A stretch of DNA of 10,350 nucleotides, from NCBI GenBank assembly GCA_027058345.1, contig JALUTC010000133.1, positions 1-10,350 on the forward strand. Reading direction: 5' to 3'. Numbering within the stretch: the stretch's first letter is position 1; every line of letters starts with the position of its first letter. Below the pieces are notes generated by a model, which searched no databases, was not told the origin of the DNA, and worked only from the letters and a program-made list of their open reading frames with translations. Shown here one piece after another: positions 6,433-10,350 of this stretch. The position numbers and the translations under genes were made by a program. The DNA is from an archaeon. Lineage in GTDB: Archaea; Hydrothermarchaeota; Hydrothermarchaeia; JALTZZ01; JALUTC01.

Positions 6433-7115
6433 ACGTTCCTTATCTTAACATTCTTAACATACCTTTCAGCAATAGACTTAAATTTAATCATCTCCTCATA
6501 ACTATATGGCTTAACACTCGATAGTTTTTTATCAAGAACACTCTTATTGTTAAAATTTTGTATTGTATACAACTTCGCCCCTCTTATAATCCTTGCTATT
6601 TCTTCAATATCCTTCTCATCAATAAGCCCAGGAACGACTGTTGTTCGGAATTCGTAATCTTTAGCATGATTCTTTATCAAATCAATACTCATCAATATAT
6701 TTTCAATGTTTATTTTTCTACCAGTTACTATTTCATACTTATTCATCTTTGCTTTAATATCCATTGCAACATAATCTACCAATTTAATAATATGTTTTAG
6801 ATTTTCAAATAGATATCCATTTGTATCCAATTTTATCTTAAAACCTAATTTCCTCAAATTTTTAATAAATTCTTCCAAATCATCTTGTAACAATGGTTCT
6901 CCACCAGATAATACAACTGCATCTATTATGCCCTTCCTTTCTTCTAGAAATTCGAACACATATTCTTCGGAAATTTCCCCGCGACGCCTCTCTATTAATT
7001 TATAATTTTGACAATATCTACATCTGAAGTTACATCCCTGAAAAAATATCGTGCATGCAGCATGTCCCGGATAATCTATCAACGTAAATTTAACAATTCC
7101 TGCAATTTCAACCAT
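6429..7115 (-). CDS. Radical SAM activating-enzyme family protein (NrdG-like / glycyl-radical-enzyme activase-like), 228 aa
   Basis: N-terminal 'DYPGHAACTIFFQGCNFRCRYCQN' is a CxxxCxxC cluster preceded by the DxPG motif typical of the NrdG2 anaerobic RNR activase family. 'SGGEPLL' SAM-binding motif is present. Its stop overlaps the yjbQ stop by 2 nt. Confidence 0.8.
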   Translation of the reverse strand: MVEIAGIVKFTLIDYPGHAACTIFFQGCNFRCRYCQNYKLIERRRGEISEEYVFEFLEERKGIIDAVVLSGGEPLLQDDLEEFIKNLRKLGFKIKLDTNGYLFENLKHIIKLVDYVAMDIKAKMNKYEIVTGRKINIENILMSIDLIKNHAKDYEFRTTVVPGLIDEKDIEEIARIIRGAKLYTIQNFNNKSVLDKKLSSVKPYSYEEMIKFKSIAERYVKNVKIRNV

Positions 7116-7152
7116 AATACTTGTGAAAAAATGTAACGTTTACTTTCTTTAT
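7116..7152. promoter_or_regulatory. 37-bp AT-rich divergent promoter region between the radical SAM gene and cbiA
   Basis: This is the only intergenic spacer over 10 bp between divergent genes in the window. It assumes cbiA starts at ATG 7153 ('MNYPRVIISG', matching CbiA N-termini) and not at GTG 7123. Confidence 0.35.
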
Positions 7153-8532
7153 ATGAATTATCCTAGAGTAATAATAAGTGGAACACATTCTGGAAGTGGA
7201 AAAACGACGATAGCACTTGCAATAATGAGAATCCTTTATGACATGGGATATAAGGTTCAACCTTATAAAGTAGGGCCTGATTTTATAGACCCAAGTTATC
7301 ATTTTTTTGCATGTAATACTAGATCGAGAAATTTAGATTCCTACATGTTAAGTAGAGAAAGGCTTCTTGAAAATTTTGTTAGAGGAATGAATGGTAAGGA
7401 TATAGCAATAATTGAAGGAACAATGGGGTTATATGATTCTTGCGGAGCAATAACAGAAAAAGGTAGCACTGCAGAGGTATCGAAAATTTTAAAATCTCCC
7501 ATAATATTGATAGTTGATGCGAGAAAAATTGGAAGGACATCTGCCGCGATTGTTCTTGGATATTTAAAATTTGATAAGGATGTAAGAATAAAGGGATGTA
7601 TAATAAATAAGGTTGGTAATGAAAGACATGCGAGTAAAGTTAAGAGAGCAATCGAGTATTATACAAAATTAAAGGTATTGGGAATTATCCCAAGATATAA
7701 GGAATTATTTATCGAGGAAAGGCATCTTGGACTAATCCCTGCTTATGAAAAGGATAGGGTTGAAGAATTCATAGAAAATGCCGCGAAATATATAAAGAGG
7801 AATATAAATATAGATGAAATTATAAAGATTGCATATTCTGCAGAAGATTTAGAATTTGATTATGACGAAAATTATGGAGAAATGAATAAGGAAATAACCA
7901 TTGGCATATTTTTTGATAAGGCATTCAACTTTTATTATACAGAAAATCTTGAAGAATTATCCAGATATGCGAAGATAAAATTTATAAATTCGTTCAGTGA
8001 TACAAATTTAAACGATATCGATTGTTTATATATTGGTGGAGGATTTCCAGAAATATTTGCTAAAGAATTGGAGAAGAATAAGAAGCTGAGAAATAGCGTC
8101 TTAGAATTTTGCAAGTCAGGGAAACCAGTGTATGCTGAATGTGGTGGTCTTATGTATCTTGGTAAAAGTATAATCGTGAACAATGAGGAATATGAAATGG
8201 TAGGTCTATTCGATTTTAAAACTGAGATGATGAAGAATTTCCAAGCTCTTGGATATGTTGTTTTGAAGGTTGTAAATGATAATATTTTAACAAATCCCGG
8301 AGAAATTTTAAGAGGACATGAATTTCATTATTCTAGACCAGTTTTTAAAGATTTTTCTAAATTTAAATTCGCATTCAAAGTATTAAGAGGAAGAGGATTT
8401 TATAAAGGATGGGATGGTTTGATATATAAAAATGTTCTAGCAAATTATACACACTTTCATGCATATTCAAAGAAGGATTTCTTCAAAAAATTTATTGAAA
8501 GAGCAAAAAATATTAAATATGGAGGTGATTAA
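7153..8532 (+). CDS. cbiA: Cobyrinic acid a,c-diamide synthase family amidotransferase (CbiA/CobB; CfbB-like), 459 aa
   Basis: N-terminal 'ISGTHSGSGKTTIALAIM' P-loop, 'GPDFIDPSYH', 'IIEGTMGLYD' and a C-terminal GATase_3 domain with catalytic Cys in 'YAECGGLMYLG' and 'HEFHYS'. A longer ORF from GTG 7123 is possible but not supported by homology. Confidence 0.85.
   Translation: MNYPRVIISGTHSGSGKTTIALAIMRILYDMGYKVQPYKVGPDFIDPSYHFFACNTRSRNLDSYMLSRERLLENFVRGMNGKDIAIIEGTMGLYDSCGAITEKGSTAEVSKILKSPIILIVDARKIGRTSAAIVLGYLKFDKDVRIKGCIINKVGNERHASKVKRAIEYYTKLKVLGIIPRYKELFIEERHLGLIPAYEKDRVEEFIENAAKYIKRNINIDEIIKIAYSAEDLEFDYDENYGEMNKEITIGIFFDKAFNFYYTENLEELSRYAKIKFINSFSDTNLNDIDCLYIGGGFPEIFAKELEKNKKLRNSVLEFCKSGKPVYAECGGLMYLGKSIIVNNEEYEMVGLFDFKTEMMKNFQALGYVVLKVVNDNILTNPGEILRGHEFHYSRPVFKDFSKFKFAFKVLRGRGFYKGWDGLIYKNVLANYTHFHAYSKKDFFKKFIERAKNIKYGGD
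8521..8528 (+). promoter_or_regulatory. Strong Shine-Dalgarno GGAGGTGA, 4 nt upstream of the stomatin ATG and inside the 3' end of cbiA
   Basis: Perfect 8-mer complement of the archaeal anti-SD. The cbiA stop TAA (8530-8532) is directly followed by ATG 8533, giving translational coupling. Confidence 0.55.
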
Positions 8533-9348
8533 ATGAAACTTCCTACACTAGGAATATTGGTAATAATACTTCTAATATTATTTATACTATCGCAGGCAAT
8601 AAAAATCGTTTTCGAATATGAAAGAGGTGTAATATTTAGATTAGGTAGATTAATCGGCGTAAAAGGACCAGGTATTTTCTTCATAATACCAATAATTGAT
8701 AGAATGGTTAAGGTTGATTTGAGAACAATAACAATGGATATCCCCAGTCAAGAAGTTATAACAAAGGATAACGTACCCATAAAAGTCGATGCCGTCATAT
8801 ATTTCAGAATAATCGATCCCGCAAAAGCTTTAACACAGGTTGAAAATTATATCGTAGCAACATCAATGCTTGGACAAACAACGTTGCGAAGCGTTCTTGG
8901 ACAGAGCGAACTCGATGAAATATTAACTGAAAGAGAGAAGCTTAACAGGAAATTACAAGAGATTATAGATCAACATACTGCAGCGTGGGGAATAAAGGTT
9001 ACTGCCGTCGAAATTAAAAACGTTGAATTACCTGAAGGAATGAAGAGAGCAATGGCAAGACAAGCAGAAGCTGAAAGAGAGAGGAGGGCAAAGATAATTG
9101 CAGCTGAAGGAGAATTGCAGGCGGCAGAAAAGCTTAGAACAGCGGCAGAGATTATAAGTAAGACTCCAGCAGCAATACAGTTAAGATTTCTTCAAACAGT
9201 AACTGAGGCAGCAACCGAAAAGGCATCGACAATTGTCGTACCAGTTCCTGTTGATTTGATAAGAATGTTTATTGATAGGGGAAGTAATTTGGAAGAGATT
9301 TTAAAGGAAATATTGAAGTATTTAAAGGAAGGTAAAAGTAATGTATGA
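8533..9348 (+). CDS. SPFH/band-7 protein, prokaryotic stomatin (p-stomatin) type, 271 aa
   Basis: N-terminal TM anchor, then '[18 protein letters not shown]', '[34 protein letters not shown]' and '[18 protein letters not shown]'. A-rich '[20 protein letters not shown]' coiled coil. This is the classical PH1511-like stomatin architecture. Confidence 0.9.
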   Translation: MKLPTLGILVIILLILFILSQAIKIVFEYERGVIFRLGRLIGVKGPGIFFIIPIIDRMVKVDLRTITMDIPSQEVITKDNVPIKVDAVIYFRIIDPAKALTQVENYIVATSMLGQTTLRSVLGQSELDEILTEREKLNRKLQEIIDQHTAAWGIKVTAVEIKNVELPEGMKRAMARQAEAERERRAKIIAAEGELQAAEKLRTAAEIISKTPAAIQLRFLQTVTEAATEKASTIVVPVPVDLIRMFIDRGSNLEEILKEILKYLKEGKSNV

Positions 9349-9929
9349 TAATAGTAGCAATTGAAGGAATAGATGGTGCAGGAAAAACCACGATATCAAA
9401 CCTTTTATATAACGATTTTAAGGATAAGATTAGGATAAAACTTATAAAAGAGCCTAATAAAAATAGCAAGATAGGTAAAATTCTTAAGGAATTTCTTTCA
9501 GAAAGAATCTCTGGAAAATTTCTCGCATTACTATATGCTGCAGATAGGACTTATACATATGAATTCTTGTATGGAGACTACGACGTAATATTATCGGACA
9601 GAAGCATATTTTCAAGTCTTGCATATCAAACAATAGATTTACCTGAGGAATGGATCATTGCGATAAATAAATACGTACCATTTCCAAATTATGTCATTTA
9701 TCTTGATGTTTCTCCCGAAGTTTCTTTAAAAAGAATAAGGAGTAGAGAATTGTTTGAAAATGAATCTACGCTGAGAATTGTCAGAGATAATTACCTAAAG
9801 TTATTAAAGAATAATAAATATCCCAGTAAATTTTTCAAGATTAATGCCGAAAGACCTCTTGAGAAAGTATATGAAGAAGCAAGGACAATATTTATTGAGA
9901 TATTAAGATGTGAAGGTATTATCCGATGA
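9345..9929 (+). CDS. tmk: Thymidylate kinase, 194 aa
   Basis: P-loop '[11 protein letters not shown]', '[11 protein letters not shown]' (DRY/AYQ motif) and an arginine-rich LID 'LKRIRSRE'. The ATG overlaps the stomatin stop (ATGA). Weak SD-like 'GGAAGGT' ~11 nt upstream. Confidence 0.85.
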   Translation: MIIVAIEGIDGAGKTTISNLLYNDFKDKIRIKLIKEPNKNSKIGKILKEFLSERISGKFLALLYAADRTYTYEFLYGDYDVILSDRSIFSSLAYQTIDLPEEWIIAINKYVPFPNYVIYLDVSPEVSLKRIRSRELFENESTLRIVRDNYLKLLKNNKYPSKFFKINAERPLEKVYEEARTIFIEILRCEGIIR

Positions 9930-10350
9930 ATTTTTCAAAATTTCTTTCGAGAATATTCAAAAGGTTATCTTTCGATACCTTTTTTATATTTGAAATTTCT
10001 TCTACAACACTTTCCAAAATTTTTGGTTCTAAAAACATCCCACGATAATTATAAGGGCCATCACTTTCGATTAATATATTTTTTAAGGGAGCATATTCGA
10101 GCACAGACTTATGCTTTTTTTGTAACTTATATGCTGGATTTATTCCTATAAAATATCCATGTTCTATAATATCGTCAATCAATTCTAAAGGTCCTGTATA
10201 CCAGTGAATGTAAGCTCTATCAATATCGTGTTTAATTATTAAGTCTAAAACATCTCTCCAAGCATCCGGTGCATGAATATTTACGGATAAATCAAATTCC
10301 TTTGCTAAATTTAAGAAGAACATAAAAACTTCAACCTGTTTATCAAAGGT
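9919..10350 (-). CDS. tatD: TatD-family metal-dependent hydrolase (C-terminal ~2/3; gene continues beyond the window end)
   Basis: 'NIHAPDAWRDVLDLI', 'IHWYTGPLELIDDIIEHGYFIGINP' and 'ILIESDGPYNY' match TatD 'VHCRDAHDDTLEIL', 'LHCFSGSLEMARRAVDLGYYISFSG' and 'LLLETDSPYLAP'. The frame stays open past position 10350. It overlaps the tmk 3' end by 11 nt, convergently. Confidence 0.8.
   Translation of the reverse strand, partial: TFDKQVEVFMFFLNLAKEFDLSVNIHAPDAWRDVLDLIIKHDIDRAYIHWYTGPLELIDDIIEHGYFIGINPAYKLQKKHKSVLEYAPLKNILIESDGPYNYRGMFLEPKILESVVEEISNIKKVSKDNLLNILERNFEKFIG

Noticed and set aside
6558-6800. 80-aa plus-strand ORF inside the radical SAM gene
   Set aside because: Antisense shadow ORF. 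Cys/Phe/Tyr-rich junk composition typical of AT-rich antisense frames.
7108-7302. 64-aa minus-strand ORF across the radical SAM/cbiA divergent region, and the GTG 7123 start for cbiA
   Set aside because: The minus ORF is antisense to the conserved cbiA N-terminus. CbiA homologues begin at the '(M)xxxRVIISGTxSGxGKT' position, i.e. ATG 7153. The GTG extension (MKKCNVYFLY) is not conserved.
7935-8183. 82-aa minus-strand ORF inside cbiA
   Set aside because: Antisense shadow ORF with no support.
9269-9469. 66-aa minus-strand ORF spanning the stomatin/tmk junction
   Set aside because: Antisense to two motif-supported, translationally coupled genes.
1-10350. Search for tRNA/rRNA genes, CRISPR repeats, IS/transposase or integrase genes, and long direct or inverted repeats
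   Set aside because: Non-coding space totals under ~250 bp, and the largest gaps are ~80 bp at the window start and 47 bp at 3544-3590. No repeat-spacer periodicity, no transposase or integrase-like ORFs, and no cloverleaf-capable intergenic segment were seen. Only codon-driven short k-mer recurrences such as 'aaggaat' appear.

Overview
This is a very AT-rich archaeal chromosomal segment, roughly 30% GC by eye. The proteins are Lys/Ile/Glu-rich in a thermophile-like way, and the genes are packed with almost no spacers. Fifteen probable genes are supported by the sequence. Housekeeping genes: uridylate kinase (archaeal PyrH type); tRNA-splicing endonuclease EndA tail-to-tail with the class I CCA-adding enzyme; a YjbQ/UPF0047 protein; an NrdG-like radical-SAM activase; and a CbiA-family a,c-diamide synthase translationally coupled to a p-stomatin (SPFH) gene and thymidylate kinase. 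A TatD-family hydrolase runs off the 3' edge of the window. Less ordinary content: (i) a coiled-coil protein translationally coupled (TAAATG) to a single-domain T2SSF (FlaJ/TadC-like) membrane protein with no ATPase or pilin nearby. (ii) a minus-strand cluster of a SagB-type nitroreductase-fold dehydrogenase, an 83-aa ORF in the AT-richest stretch, an AsnB C-terminal-domain-only PP-loop ATPase and a 110-aa unknown protein. Divergent start codons lie 6-7 bp apart and convergent genes abut or overlap. Internal operon genes carry strong Shine-Dalgarno sites (GGAGGTGA) while operon-first genes look leaderless. No tRNA, rRNA, CRISPR or mobile elements were seen, and there is essentially no intergenic space to hold them.
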